A stretch of 38,578 bases of DNA, taken from NCBI GenBank assembly GCA_030602545.1, contig JAUVZN010000001.1:1-38578 (forward strand), written 5' to 3'. Positions 19,015-28,454 of this stretch are shown piece after piece (the first letter of the stretch is position 1; every line of letters begins with the position of its first letter). The notes beneath the pieces are model-generated. The model did not search any database, had not been told where the DNA came from, and worked only from the letters and a program-made list of their open reading frames with translations. This DNA comes from Candidatus Aerophobota bacterium. GTDB lineage: Bacteria > Aerophobota > Aerophobia > Aerophobales > AE-B3A. The translations under genes and the position numbers were made by a program.

Positions 19015-19408
19015 AAAATCTCAAAGGGGCCGGATGAAGGGTAAGGCTTCCAAGGGAACTCAGCTGAATTTTGGTGAATTTGGTTTAATAGCGGAGGAAC
19101 CCAGCTGGATTACCGCCCGTCAGATAGAAGCCAGCAGAATTGCTATAGTCCGCTCCATAAAACACGAGGGTAAACTCTGGATCCGGATCTTCCCTGATAA
19201 GGTAGTCACCAAGAAGCCTCTGGAGACTCGTATGGGAAAAGGTAAAGGGGAACCTGAATTTTGGGTGGCAGTAGTGCGGCCGGGAAGGGTGCTTTTTGAA
19301 CTGGGAGGAGTTAAAGCCGATATAGCCAGGGTGGCTTTTAGATTGGTCTCCCATAAGCTTTCCTTTAAGACTAAGATCATATCTTCCCTGGACGAGGATC
19401 TTTTATGA
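18983..19408 (+). CDS. rplP: 50S ribosomal protein L16
   Basis: [17 protein letters not shown] and RMGKGKG hallmarks. AGGAGGA at 18968-18974. Overlaps the rpsC 3' end by 32 nt. Confidence 0.96.
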   Translation: MRLQPRRVKYRKSQRGRMKGKASKGTQLNFGEFGLIAEEPSWITARQIEASRIAIVRSIKHEGKLWIRIFPDKVVTKKPLETRMGKGKGEPEFWVAVVRPGRVLFELGGVKADIARVAFRLVSHKLSFKTKIISSLDEDLL

Positions 19409-19623
19409 AGATGGAAGAACTAAGGGAGCTATCTGTAGAGGATCTTCGTGAGAATCTCAAGCGTTTTCAGAATGAATTGTTCAAACTGCGGATACAGGCA
19501 GTACAGGGGAGAATGACCAGACCCTCCGAGATGGCTAAAACGAAAAGGACTATTGCCAGAATAAAGACTCTTTTGCCAGAGAAAGAGTTGGAACAAAGAT
19601 CCCTGGGAGGAGAAAAGAAGTGA
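19405..19623 (+). CDS. rpmC: 50S ribosomal protein L29
   Basis: 72 aa. [14 protein letters not shown]...ELFKLR pattern. ATGA overlap with rplP. Confidence 0.93.
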   Translation: MKMEELRELSVEDLRENLKRFQNELFKLRIQAVQGRMTRPSEMAKTKRTIARIKTLLPEKELEQRSLGGEKK

Positions 19624-19874
19624 GGGGGAGGAGAAAGATTAGGGTGGGAGAGGTCATTAGCAATAAAACGGATAAAACCGTAGTGGTGACTATAAAGCGT
19701 GAGTTTACCCATCCCCTGTACGGGAAAAAGGTGAGAAGAAGAAAGAAAGTCAAGGCTCATGATGAAGCGAATTCATGCAATATAGGGGATACAGTTCAGT
19801 TGGTGGAGACGAGACCTCTATCAAAAGAGAAGCGTTGGAAAGTCGCCAGGATCCTGGCTAAAAGGGGAAAGTAA
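19620..19874 (+). CDS. rpsQ: 30S ribosomal protein S17
   Basis: GTG start. [20 protein letters not shown] and SKEKRW motifs. Confidence 0.94.
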   Translation: MRGRRKIRVGEVISNKTDKTVVVTIKREFTHPLYGKKVRRRKKVKAHDEANSCNIGDTVQLVETRPLSKEKRWKVARILAKRGK

Positions 19875-19875
19875 G

Positions 19876-20244
19876 ATGATTCAGCTGCAAACCGAGCTGA
19901 ACGTTGCTGATAACACTGGGGCAAGGAAGATAATGTGCATAAGAGTCCTGGGTGGTTCTTCACGCCGATACGCCCGGATAGGGGATGTGATAGTAGCATC
20001 GGTTAAGAAAACTATGCCTAACAGTGAGATCGCAAAGGGCCAGGTAGTAAAGGCAGTGGTGGTGAGAACGAAGAAGGAAATACGCCGAAAGGACGGCTCC
20101 TATATTAGATTCGATGAGAATGCAGGCGTGTTGATTGACGCTGCAGGAAACCCTAGAGGGACAAGGATCTTTGGTCCCGTAATTCGAGAGCTCCGAGAGA
20201 AAAACTTTATGAAGATAGTTTCTCTGGCTCCCGAGGTATTGTAA
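19876..20244 (+). CDS. rplN: 50S ribosomal protein L14
   Basis: [16 protein letters not shown] hallmark. 122 aa. Confidence 0.98.
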   Translation: MIQLQTELNVADNTGARKIMCIRVLGGSSRRYARIGDVIVASVKKTMPNSEIAKGQVVKAVVVRTKKEIRRKDGSYIRFDENAGVLIDAAGNPRGTRIFGPVIRELREKNFMKIVSLAPEVL

Positions 20245-20294
20245 ACGGGGATGGGAACGTCGAAAGTTTTCCTCTCGATGAGGGTTAGATAGTT

Positions 20295-20609
20295 ATGACC
20301 AGAATAAAAGTGGGCGACGAAGTAGTAGTTATCTCTGGGAAGGATACAGGGAAACGGGGCAAGGTAGTCAAAAAGTTGCCTAAAGAAGATAAGATGATGA
20401 TTGAAGGAATCAATCTGGTTAAGAGGCATGTAAAACCCACTCGGAGAGGACAAGCAAGTGGCATAGTAGAAGGTGAAGCTCCCATGTATGCCAGTAAAGT
20501 CGCGCTGATATGTTCTCGCTGTGGGAAGAGAACAAGGATAGGAATGAAGACATTAAGGGAGGAAGGGCAGCTCCGGTTCTGTAAGAAGTGCGGAGAAGTT
20601 ATTGATTAG
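20295..20609 (+). CDS. rplX: 50S ribosomal protein L24 (C-terminal CxxC...CxxC form)
   Basis: KVGDEVVVISGKDTGKRGKV KOW motif. C-terminal CSRCGK...CKKCG. Confidence 0.95.
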   Translation: MTRIKVGDEVVVISGKDTGKRGKVVKKLPKEDKMMIEGINLVKRHVKPTRRGQASGIVEGEAPMYASKVALICSRCGKRTRIGMKTLREEGQLRFCKKCGEVID

Positions 20610-20630
20610 AATCTCAGAAGGTGAGTAAGG

Positions 20631-21173
20631 ATGGCCAGATTGAAAGAGCTCTACAAGAAAAGCATCGTTCCTAAATTGATGGAAAAATTTAATTATAGAA
20701 ACTCTATGGAAGTTCCTAGGATTGAGGAAATTATCCTCAATATGGGAGTAAATAGTGCCAAAAAGGATGCAAAATCTCTAGAGGTTGCTAAGAAAAGTTT
20801 AGCTTTGATTACTGGACAGCAACCCGTAGTCACTCGGGCAAAGAGATCCATCGCCGGATTTTCCTTAAGGAAGGGAATGAGAATAGGATGTATGGTTACT
20901 TTGAGGGGCGAGATGATGTATGAATTCCTGGATAGATTACTTAATTTAGCCATCCCCAGGATCAGAGATTTTCAGGGGGTCTCTTCCAATGGATTTGATG
21001 GAAGGGGTAATTTCACGCTGGGCCTGAGAGAGCAACTCATTTTTCCCGAAGTGGGATATGAGGATGTAGATAGAGTTCAGGGGCTCTCGGTAACTATAGT
21101 AACTACTGCCAGAAAAGATGAAGAAGCTAGAGAATTACTTGCTTCTCTGGGAGTTCTTTTTACGAGTTCTTAA
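20631..21173 (+). CDS. rplE: 50S ribosomal protein L5
   Basis: 180 aa. Typical L5 ([31 protein letters not shown]). Confidence 0.97.
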   Translation: MARLKELYKKSIVPKLMEKFNYRNSMEVPRIEEIILNMGVNSAKKDAKSLEVAKKSLALITGQQPVVTRAKRSIAGFSLRKGMRIGCMVTLRGEMMYEFLDRLLNLAIPRIRDFQGVSSNGFDGRGNFTLGLREQLIFPEVGYEDVDRVQGLSVTIVTTARKDEEARELLASLGVLFTSS

Positions 21174-21192
21174 GCTACTAAGGGTAAGGAAG

Positions 21193-21378
21193 ATGGCTAA
21201 AAAAGCTTTAATTGAGAAGGCTAACCGAGAGCCAAAATTCAAGGTCCGCTCCTATAACCGTTGTCAAATATGCGGGAGACCTCGTAGCTATATCAGGAAG
21301 TTTGCTCTGTGTCGGATTTGCTTCCGCTATCTGGCCCAGAAAGGGCAGATTCCAGGGATAAAAAAGGCTAGTTGGTAG
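21193..21378 (+). CDS. rpsN: 30S ribosomal protein S14, type Z (zinc-binding, 61 aa)
   Basis: [45 protein letters not shown]. Start moved from ORF-track 21118 to ATG 21193. Confidence 0.95.
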   Translation: MAKKALIEKANREPKFKVRSYNRCQICGRPRSYIRKFALCRICFRYLAQKGQIPGIKKASW

Positions 21379-21447
21379 CTAATTCTATTCAAAGAGCCTC
21401 CCTGAGCAACGGAGAGTGGTCCGAGGTATTCTTGAGGAGAAAAAAAG

Positions 21448-21843
21448 ATGCTTACCGATCCCATTGCTGATTTTTTAACTAGGGTAAGAAATGCCAATAT
21501 AGTATCCAAGGATAAAGTTGAGATTCCATCCTCCATTCTAAAGGAAGCCGTTGCGGCGGTGCTAGGAAGAGAAGGTTTTATACGGAGATATAGAGTTATT
21601 ACCAGAGGGAAAAGAAAAGTTCTCCAGATATATCTGAAACGTACCCCTGAAGGAGAAAGAGTCATCACCCATTTGGAGAGAGCTAGCAAACCGGGCAGAC
21701 GAATGTACATCAAAAAGGATGAGATACCACGGGTACTAAATGGAATAGGAATTTGTGTCCTTTCTACGCCTAAGGGCGTACTTAGCGGGGAGGAAGCATT
21801 AAAAATGCAAGTTGGAGGAGAAGTTCTTTGCTATGTCTGGTAA
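21448..21843 (+). CDS. rpsH: 30S ribosomal protein S8
   Basis: MLTDPIADFLTRVRNA hallmark. 131 aa. Confidence 0.98.
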   Translation: MLTDPIADFLTRVRNANIVSKDKVEIPSSILKEAVAAVLGREGFIRRYRVITRGKRKVLQIYLKRTPEGERVITHLERASKPGRRMYIKKDEIPRVLNGIGICVLSTPKGVLSGEEALKMQVGGEVLCYVW

Positions 21844-21903
21844 GAACCATATGCTTAGCTCAGAGACAAGCCAGGGGATCTAGCTGAGAAAGCAGGAGTT
21901 ATT

Positions 21904-22452
21904 ATGTCCAGAGTAGGAAGAAAACCTGTCTTGGTTCCTGAAGGGGTCAAGGTTGAGATAAACAGGAACAAGGTACTGGTTAAAGGCCCTAGAGGTGATT
22001 TGGAGTTGGAGGTGCCCTCTTTATGTAAAGTAGTTCTTAGGGAGAGCCAGATTCTGGTTGAAAGAGGGGGCGATGATAAACAAGCCAGGTCGATTCACGG
22101 AACTGTCCGGAGCCTCATTTTTAATATGGTAAAAGGTGTTTCTGAGGGATTTGAGAAATATCTTGAGATTGTGGGAATGGGCTACCGAGCTAGCCTGGAA
22201 GATAGTACTCTCGTCCTGAGTTTAGGCTACTCCCATCTAGTGAAATATACCCCCCCTGAGGATGTAAGAGTAGAAGTTACCAATGCCAACGTTATAAAGG
22301 TCTACGGCTGTGATAAACAAAAAGTGGGAGCGGTGGCTGCTGAGATCAGAGCCTTGAAGAAGCCGGAGCCTTATAAGGGAAAGGGGATAAGATACAAGGG
22401 GGAAGTGGTAAGACGGAAGGTAGGGAAGGCTGCTTTAGGGACAAAGGAATAG
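21904..22452 (+). CDS. rplF: 50S ribosomal protein L6
   Basis: MSRVGRKPV..PEGVKV and PEPYKGKGIRY motifs. Confidence 0.97.
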   Translation: MSRVGRKPVLVPEGVKVEINRNKVLVKGPRGDLELEVPSLCKVVLRESQILVERGGDDKQARSIHGTVRSLIFNMVKGVSEGFEKYLEIVGMGYRASLEDSTLVLSLGYSHLVKYTPPEDVRVEVTNANVIKVYGCDKQKVGAVAAEIRALKKPEPYKGKGIRYKGEVVRRKVGKAALGTKE

Positions 22453-22484
22453 TTGAAAGCATCGCAATTTGAAAAATGCGGTGT

Positions 22485-22503
22485 CAAGGGGATCTTCCCC
22501 TTG
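22485..22503 (+). other. 8-bp hairpin caagggga-tct-tccccttg in the rplF-rplR spacer
   Basis: Exact inverted repeat found by eye. Lies upstream of the preferred rplR start. Confidence 0.45.
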
Positions 22504-22526
22504 AATATGTGCAGCGGCGGCTTAAG

Positions 22527-22880
22527 ATGGATAAAAGTTTAGCCAGGCGGAAGCGAAGGCAAAGAATCAGAAAGAGAATTTTCGGAACAGAAGATAAACC
22601 GAGACTTTCCTTTTATAAAAGCAATCGATATATTTATGCTCAGCTCATCAATGACATAGAGGGGAAAACATTAGCCTCTGTCTCCTCAGTAAAGAGCCCT
22701 GAAAGGAAAGGGTTCTGTGCTAAGAGTCTGAAGGTTGCTGAGGATTTAGGAGAGAGATTGGCAGGTGAGCTAAAGAGCAAAGGAATAAAGCAATTATTTT
22801 TTGATAGAAGTGGTTACCCCTATCATGGGCGGTTAAAAAAAATAGCTGAGGTGCTGCGCAGGCAAGGAATTATACTTTGA
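22527..22880 (+). CDS. rplR: 50S ribosomal protein L18
   Basis: RRKRRQRIRKRI..PRLSFYKSNRYIYAQLIND...FDRSGYPYHGRLK. ATG 22527 gives the usual ~117 aa. ORF-track ATG 22476 has no SD and adds a non-homologous extension. Confidence 0.9.
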   Translation: MDKSLARRKRRQRIRKRIFGTEDKPRLSFYKSNRYIYAQLINDIEGKTLASVSSVKSPERKGFCAKSLKVAEDLGERLAGELKSKGIKQLFFDRSGYPYHGRLKKIAEVLRRQGIIL

Positions 22881-22955
22881 AGTCCGAAATTACTAACAGT
22901 GAGGGAGGCCAGTTGTTGCGAGACTTACCTAACAAAGTAGGGAGAAACAACCAGG

Positions 22956-23465
22956 ATGTTGAGCAAACCCCAAAATAGTAACAAGACAAAGGAAGACACG
23001 GGTGAATTAGAAGAAAGGCTTATTAGAGTGAGAAGGGTATTCACGGTTGTCAAAGGAGGCCGAAGGATAGGTTTCAATGCATTAGTGGTAGTGGGCAACC
23101 GTAAAGGATGCGTAGGACTAGGATTGGGTAAAGCTAAGGAACTGGTTGAAGCTATAAGCAAAGGAAGAAGAAAGGCAGAAAGAGAAACGGTACAAATTTC
23201 CCTGAAAGATACCACCATTCCTCACCAGGTGGTGGGGAAATATGGAGCATCGAAGGTTCTCCTCAAGCCAGCTTCATCTGGAACCGGAGTAGTCGCTGGA
23301 GAAGCAGTTAGAGCTATAACAGAACTGGCAGGCATAAGAGATATTTTGACCAAGTCCCTGGGAAGTGATAACCCCCTCAATGTAGCTAAGGCAACACTAG
23401 AGGGTCTGAAGAAACTGAAGGATCCCAGCAAGGTTTTTCAATTTCGGGGAAAGGGTGAGAAATAA
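22956..23465 (+). CDS. rpsE: 30S ribosomal protein S5
   Basis: RVRRVFTVVKGGRRIGFNALVVVGN and GTGVVAG motifs. Confidence 0.97.
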   Translation: MLSKPQNSNKTKEDTGELEERLIRVRRVFTVVKGGRRIGFNALVVVGNRKGCVGLGLGKAKELVEAISKGRRKAERETVQISLKDTTIPHQVVGKYGASKVLLKPASSGTGVVAGEAVRAITELAGIRDILTKSLGSDNPLNVAKATLEGLKKLKDPSKVFQFRGKGEK

Positions 23466-23896
23466 TGGACACCGATCTTCTTAAACCTCATGCTGGGGCT
23501 GCTCATAAGAAGAAGAGAGTAGGCCGGGGTTCTAGCTCAGGGCATGGGGGAACCTCAACCCGGGGACATAAAGGTCAAAAAGCCCACGGTAAGGTACACA
23601 AATGGTTTGAAGGTGGTCAGATGCCCCTGGTCAGACGAATTCCCAAAAGGGGATTTCATCCACCTCGGAGAGAAAAACCGCTGACGATAAACGTGGAAAG
23701 GTTAAATATATTTAAGGGCCGCAGCGAAGTAGACCCTGAAGCTATGAGAAAGGCTGGTCTGGTAAGCAGCAGGGGAAAAATCAAGATTCTGGGTGCAGGG
23801 GAGCTAAATCACTCCCTAAAGGTTAAGGCACATGGTTTCTCCAGGGAGGCCCGAAGGAAAATAGAAGAGGTTAAAGGTGAAGCGGAGGTCATCTGA
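23465..23896 (+). CDS. rplO: 50S ribosomal protein L15
   Basis: KKRVGRGSSSGHGGTSTRGHKGQKA and FEGGQMPL motifs. Overlaps the rpsE stop by 1 nt, so there is no room for rpmD. Confidence 0.96.
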   Translation: MDTDLLKPHAGAAHKKKRVGRGSSSGHGGTSTRGHKGQKAHGKVHKWFEGGQMPLVRRIPKRGFHPPRREKPLTINVERLNIFKGRSEVDPEAMRKAGLVSSRGKIKILGAGELNHSLKVKAHGFSREARRKIEEVKGEAEVI

Positions 23897-25176
23897 TGTG
23901 GGATAAGTTCCAGAACATCTTTCGGATCCCAGAACTTCGGCACAGAATCCTCTTTACTCTGGCTATGTTTTTAGTCTTCAGGTTGGGTTCCTTCATACCC
24001 ATTCCCGGCGTAGATGTAGGTGCTCTAGCTCGTACCCCTATCTTCCAGACCGGAGCTTTCGGTTTGATGAATATCTTTGCTGGAGGAGCTCTGCAGCGTA
24101 TGTCTATCTTTGCTCTGGGAATAATGCCATATATTAGTGCTTCTATCATTATGCAGCTTTTAACTGTGGCCATTCCCCGTTTGGAGCAACTCAGCCGGCA
24201 GGGAGAAGAGGGAAGGAGAAAAATCACCCAATACGCCCGCTATGCCGCCTTACCTATTGCAGCTGTTCAAGGGGTGGGACTCACCTTTTGGATTCAAAAT
24301 ATGGAAGGAGGAGCCTTTGTCAGCAGCCAGGGAATAAGTTTCATTCTTCCGGCTGTGATCACTATGGCCACAGGAACAATCTTTATAATGTGGTTAGGGG
24401 AGAAGATCACGGAAATGGGAATTGGTAATGGGATTTCTCTGATTATCTTTGCTGGAATAGTGGCGCAAATACGTCCGTCTATGGGGAATGTAATTAAGAT
24501 AACCCGAACAGGACAACTAACCCCCTTTCTGCTTTTGCTTTTTGCCATCATCGCAGTTTTCATCACCGCAGCCGTGGTGCTCATTTACCAGGCAGAAAGG
24601 AGGATTCCTATTCGTTATGCTCGAAGAATTGTGGGAAGGAAAGTCTACGGGGGCCAGAGCACCTATCTTCCTATACGTATAGGAGGAGTGGGAGTGATTG
24701 CTATAATCTTTGCCATATCCGTCCTTCTGCTTCCCACTACTCTGGCCCGGTTTATCCCCCATCCCATTACTCAGGAAATTGCCCGCTGGTTAAGCCCTGG
24801 TGCTCTGCTTTACTATGTATTGTATGCCCTGGCAGTGGTCTTCTTTACCTTCTTTTATACGGCAGTGGTCTTTAATCCAGTAGAAGTAGCTGATAATATG
24901 CGTCGATATGGAGGTTTCATACCGGGACTGCGTCCAGGAAGGCCGACAGCACAACATATTACCACTATCCTTACTCGGGTTACTTTCGTAGGTGCCTTGT
25001 TCTTTGCCTCTATAGCAGTCCTGCCAGTTATCCTTAATCGCGAACTTCTATTCAATAGTTTTCCTTTTGGTGGAACCTCCATTCTCATTGCGGTGGGGGT
25101 GGCTCTGGATACTGTTCAGCAATTGGAATCCCATCTCTTGATGCGGCACTATAAAGGGTTTATGAAGGGAGCCTAA
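23896..25176 (+). CDS. secY: Preprotein translocase subunit SecY
   Basis: 426 aa, multi-TM. Typical SecY segments (GIMPYISASIIMQLL, GEKITEMGIGNGISLIIFAGI). Confidence 0.97.
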   Translation: MWDKFQNIFRIPELRHRILFTLAMFLVFRLGSFIPIPGVDVGALARTPIFQTGAFGLMNIFAGGALQRMSIFALGIMPYISASIIMQLLTVAIPRLEQLSRQGEEGRRKITQYARYAALPIAAVQGVGLTFWIQNMEGGAFVSSQGISFILPAVITMATGTIFIMWLGEKITEMGIGNGISLIIFAGIVAQIRPSMGNVIKITRTGQLTPFLLLLFAIIAVFITAAVVLIYQAERRIPIRYARRIVGRKVYGGQSTYLPIRIGGVGVIAIIFAISVLLLPTTLARFIPHPITQEIARWLSPGALLYYVLYALAVVFFTFFYTAVVFNPVEVADNMRRYGGFIPGLRPGRPTAQHITTILTRVTFVGALFFASIAVLPVILNRELLFNSFPFGGTSILIAVGVALDTVQQLESHLLMRHYKGFMKGA

Positions 25177-25177
25177 T

Positions 25178-25810
25178 CTGCGGATAATCCTATTAGGTCC
25201 TCCTGGATCGGGCAAAGGAACACAGGCGGAGAGACTCAGCAAAAACTTAGGACTACCCCATATAGGAATGGGGGATATGCTTAGGGAAGCTGTGAAAAAC
25301 AAGGCTCCTTTAGGGAAAAAAGCAAAAGAATTTATGAATAGTGGGAAATTGGTTCCTGACCCTGTTATCCTAGGGCTTCTAGGGAAGAGGATGGAGGTGA
25401 CAAAAGAGGGGTTCATCATGGATGGGTTTCCTCGGACTCTTGAGCAGGCAAAAAGGCTAGATACTCTACTGGAAAAAGAAAGAAAGGACCTGGATGTGGT
25501 AATTAACCTGGTGGTGGGAGAAGAGACTATCCTGAAGAGACTAAAAGGTAGGCTGGTCTGTTCTGAGTGTGGTAAGGTTTACCGCAGAGAAGATCTGAGC
25601 TTGTCTACCCGGAGCTGCGAGAGTTGCGGTGCTGCCCTTTGTCAAAGAGAAGACGATGTTTCTGATACTTTGAAACAGAGAGTCAAGATCTATCTAGAAC
25701 ATATACATTCCTTGGTTGATTATTATAAGAAAAAGGGGATCTTGCAGGATATTTCAGGAGAGGGTCATCCCCAGGAAATCTTTAATCGAATACTCGAGAT
25801 ATTGAATTGA
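25178..25810 (+). CDS. adk: Adenylate kinase (Cys4 lid), probable CTG start
   Basis: The ORF-track ATG 25268 would cut off the P-loop. Reading upstream in frame gives (L/M)RIILLGPPGSGKGTQAERLSKNLGLPHIGMGDMLR. An in-frame TGA lies at 25163-25165, and no ATG/GTG/TTG occurs before the P-loop. GGGAG at 25167-25171 is 6 nt upstream of CTG 25178. Confidence 0.85.
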   Translation: MRIILLGPPGSGKGTQAERLSKNLGLPHIGMGDMLREAVKNKAPLGKKAKEFMNSGKLVPDPVILGLLGKRMEVTKEGFIMDGFPRTLEQAKRLDTLLEKERKDLDVVINLVVGEETILKRLKGRLVCSECGKVYRREDLSLSTRSCESCGAALCQREDDVSDTLKQRVKIYLEHIHSLVDYYKKKGILQDISGEGHPQEIFNRILEILN

Positions 25811-25856
25811 GACTGAAGATCTTTTTTAAAACTTCTGGATTGACCCAAGGCTAAAC

Positions 25857-26633
25857 ATGGTTCGTCTGAAATCGCGAGAACAGATTGAAGCTATTCAGAA
25901 AGGTGGGAGAATCATAGCGGAGATTTTCGAAAATGCGCGAGATTGGGTAAAACCTGCCATAAGCACTCTGGAACTGGACGAGTGGATTGCTGATTGTATC
26001 AGGAAAAAAGGAGGTAGATCTGCCTTCAAGGGGTACCAAGGATATCCGGCTGAAACCTGCATTTCTACAAATGAGGAAGTGGTGCATGGAATACCATCTT
26101 CCCGGAAGCTTGTGGAAGGTGATATAGTCGGTATCGATATAGGAGTTAAAATACATGGTTATTATGCCGATGCAGCCTTTACTTTTCCGGTAGGTAAGGT
26201 TTCCTCTAAGAAGAAAAGATTACTTGAGGTAACCAGAGGTGCTCTTTATGAAGGAATAGGACAAATTAAGCGAGGGAATAGAATAGGGGACATTTCTTCA
26301 GCAATTCAGCGCTATGTTGAAGAGCACGGCTATTCTGTGGTCAAGACACTATTTGGGCACGGAATTGGAGAGTTTTTGCACGAGGACCCTATCATACCTA
26401 ATTTTGGAGAAGAAAGACGGGGCGAGAAATTAAGAGAAGGAATGGTCCTGGCCATTGAACCTATGGTTAACCAGGGAGGAAGTGAAGTGAGGGTACTACC
26501 TAATAAGTGGACGGTGGTAGCCAAGGACGGAAGTCTATCTGCTCATTTTGAGCATACTATAGCCATCCTGGATGGGAAGGTAACCATACTCACCAGTGTG
26601 CTCCCGGAGGAAAGAGAGTATCTTGAGGGATGA
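25857..26633 (+). CDS. map: Type I methionine aminopeptidase
   Basis: 258 aa with metal-ligand context (DIVGIDIGV, GHGIGEFLHE, LAIEPM, FEHT). Confidence 0.95.
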   Translation: MVRLKSREQIEAIQKGGRIIAEIFENARDWVKPAISTLELDEWIADCIRKKGGRSAFKGYQGYPAETCISTNEEVVHGIPSSRKLVEGDIVGIDIGVKIHGYYADAAFTFPVGKVSSKKKRLLEVTRGALYEGIGQIKRGNRIGDISSAIQRYVEEHGYSVVKTLFGHGIGEFLHEDPIIPNFGEERRGEKLREGMVLAIEPMVNQGGSEVRVLPNKWTVVAKDGSLSAHFEHTIAILDGKVTILTSVLPEEREYLEG

Positions 26634-26636
26634 AGA

Positions 26637-26864
26637 TTGCCTAAGGAAAGCCTGATTAAGACTTCGGGGATTGTGGTAGAAACGCTGCCTAACGCTACTT
26701 TCAGGGTAGAACTGGCAAATGGACACAGAGTCTTAGCTCACGTGTGTGGAAAAATGCGGATGCGATTTATCAGAATACTCCCTGGCGATAGGGTAGCTTT
26801 GGAGGTTTCACCCTACGATCCTTCCCGGGGTAGGATTGTCTATAGAGAAGGAAAAGGGAAATGA
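26637..26864 (+). CDS. infA: Translation initiation factor IF-1
   Basis: TTG start. [44 protein letters not shown]1-like fold sequence. Confidence 0.95.
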   Translation: MPKESLIKTSGIVVETLPNATFRVELANGHRVLAHVCGKMRMRFIRILPGDRVALEVSPYDPSRGRIVYREGKGK

Positions 26865-26974
26865 AAGTTAGATCATCGGTGAGAAGAATGTGCAAAAAGT
26901 GCAAGATAATCAGAAGAAGGCGGGTAGTGCGCGTTGTCTGCGAGAACCCTAAACACAAACAACGTCAGGGATAG
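26861..26974 (+). CDS. rpmJ: 50S ribosomal protein L36 (zinc form)
   Basis: Absent from the ORF track (37 aa). Manual translation: [41 protein letters not shown] overlap with infA. Confidence 0.92.
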   Translation: MKVRSSVRRMCKKCKIIRRRRVVRVVCENPKHKQRQG

Positions 26975-26996
26975 ATGAAAAATGAGGGAGGCGTAA

Positions 26997-27374
26997 ATGG
27001 CACGGATTAGCGGAGTGGAACTTCCTTCCCATAAGAAGGTGGGGATAGGCCTGTCCGCTATTTATGGAATTGGGCGTTCCCTGGCCCATAAAATATTGGG
27101 CCAGGCTGAGGTTGATCCAGATACCCGAGTCAAGGATCTCACGGAGGGGGAAGTCAATATCCTGCGAAAGATTATTGAGGAAGGCGATTATGAGATAGAG
27201 GGAGAGCTCAGGAGAAAAGTGAGTACCGATATTTCCCGTTTGATAAGTATAGGCTGTTATCGGGGAATCAGGCATAAAAGGGGACTACCGGTAAGGGGGC
27301 AGAGAACAAGGTGTAATGCCAGGACAAGGAAGGGACCACGCAGAACATTTGGTACCAAGAAAAAGACAAAATAG
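26997..27374 (+). CDS. rpsM: 30S ribosomal protein S13
   Basis: [10 protein letters not shown] and [17 protein letters not shown] motifs. Confidence 0.98.
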   Translation: MARISGVELPSHKKVGIGLSAIYGIGRSLAHKILGQAEVDPDTRVKDLTEGEVNILRKIIEEGDYEIEGELRRKVSTDISRLISIGCYRGIRHKRGLPVRGQRTRCNARTRKGPRRTFGTKKKTK

Positions 27375-27388
27375 CCAGGAGATAAAAA

Positions 27389-27784
27389 ATGCCCAAAAAG
27401 AGAAAGGTGCCGGCAAAGAAAAAGAAGAAGATAAGTGTAGAGGAAGGAATGGCCTATATTCACGCTACCTTCAATAACACTATTATTACCCTTACCAATC
27501 TTAATGGAGAGGTCCTTTGTTGGTCTTCCGCCGGTCAGGTAGGTTTCAAAGGGACCAAGAAGGGAACTCCCTTCGCCGCTCAAAAAGCGGCAGAGGAGAT
27601 AATTAAAAAAGCAAAGGAAGGATTCCAGTTAGAGAAAGTGAGGGTGGTGGTAAAAGGACCAGGATCGGGCAGGGAGACAGCCGTCAGGGCCCTTCAGGCA
27701 GGAGGACTAAGGGTTGTTTCCATTAAGGAAGCAACTCCCATTCCTCATAATGGGTGCCGTCCCCCTAAGAAAAGAAAAGTTTGA
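27389..27784 (+). CDS. rpsK: 30S ribosomal protein S11
   Basis: [27 protein letters not shown] and [14 protein letters not shown] motifs. Confidence 0.98.
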   Translation: MPKKRKVPAKKKKKISVEEGMAYIHATFNNTIITLTNLNGEVLCWSSAGQVGFKGTKKGTPFAAQKAAEEIIKKAKEGFQLEKVRVVVKGPGSGRETAVRALQAGGLRVVSIKEATPIPHNGCRPPKKRKV

Positions 27785-27808
27785 GGAATTTATGGGAGGA
27801 GGGGTTAG

Positions 27809-28426
27809 TTGGCCCGGAAAAGAGAAAATAGATGTAAGAAGTGTCGTAAGTTAGACACCAAGCTCTTTTTGAAAGGAGAGAAGTGTTATACGGACAAGTG
27901 TGTTCTGGAAAGCAGGAAATCCGGAGTTTTTAGAAGGCGAAGAAGATTATCTCAATATGGCCAGCAACTTCACGAGAAACAGAAAGTTCGCTGGATGTAT
28001 GGGTTACGGGAAAATCAATTTAAAAAAAGTTACCGGATGGCAGAGAAATCTCCCGGATCTGCAGGAGAGGAGTTTCTAAGAATACTGGAGCGCAGATTGG
28101 ATAACGTAGTTTATCAGTTGGGTTTCAGTGTCTCTCGTTCCCAGGCCCGTCAATTAATAAATCATGCTCATTTTTTGGTCAATGGTAGGAGGGTCAATGT
28201 TCCTTCTTATCTTTTGAAGGAAAAAGATGTAATCGAAGTAGAGAAGAAAAGCAAGAAACTTCCCATTATGAAGCAAATTCTTAAAAGCTCGGAGGGGAGA
28301 ACAGTACCGATGTGGTTGGAAATAGACAAAAAGTCTCTCAAGGGAATAATTACCAGAGTGCCCCGGAAGGAGGAGTTAAATCAGGAAATAGACCTGGCCC
28401 TAATCGTTGAATATTATTCAAGGTAG
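27809..28426 (+). CDS. rpsD: 30S ribosomal protein S4 (N-terminal Cys cluster)
   Basis: TTG start. CKKCRKL...KCYTDKC, YGLRENQF, and the S4 RNA-binding domain (LDNVVYQLGF..SRSQARQLINHAHFLVNG). Confidence 0.95.
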   Translation: MARKRENRCKKCRKLDTKLFLKGEKCYTDKCVLESRKSGVFRRRRRLSQYGQQLHEKQKVRWMYGLRENQFKKSYRMAEKSPGSAGEEFLRILERRLDNVVYQLGFSVSRSQARQLINHAHFLVNGRRVNVPSYLLKEKDVIEVEKKSKKLPIMKQILKSSEGRTVPMWLEIDKKSLKGIITRVPRKEELNQEIDLALIVEYYSR

Positions 28427-28433
28427 GTTGTCC

Positions 28434-28454
28434 GGAGGGAACTTCCCCTTTTTT
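28434..28454 (+). terminator. Weak intrinsic-terminator/attenuator candidate after rpsD
   Basis: ggagggaacttcccc followed by T6. Only a 4-5-bp GC stem with a 3-nt loop could be drawn by hand, so it is weak. Confidence 0.3.

Noticed and set aside
20245-20294. Loose resemblance of the rplN-rplX spacer (gatgggaacgtcgaaag, gttttcctctcgatgaggg) to the secE-leader and rpsS-rplV spacers
   Set aside because: Only short, gapped matches, which I cannot distinguish from compositional similarity without an alignment program.
248-25268. ORF-track start positions for tuf (248), rpsN (21118), rplR (22476), adk (25268), fusA (12666) and dtd (34518)
   Set aside because: Homology-based N-termini and SD positions support internal starts for tuf, rpsN, rplR, fusA and dtd. 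For adk they support an upstream non-ATG start. The track simply reports the longest ORF, or the first ORF with a canonical (ATG/GTG/TTG) start.
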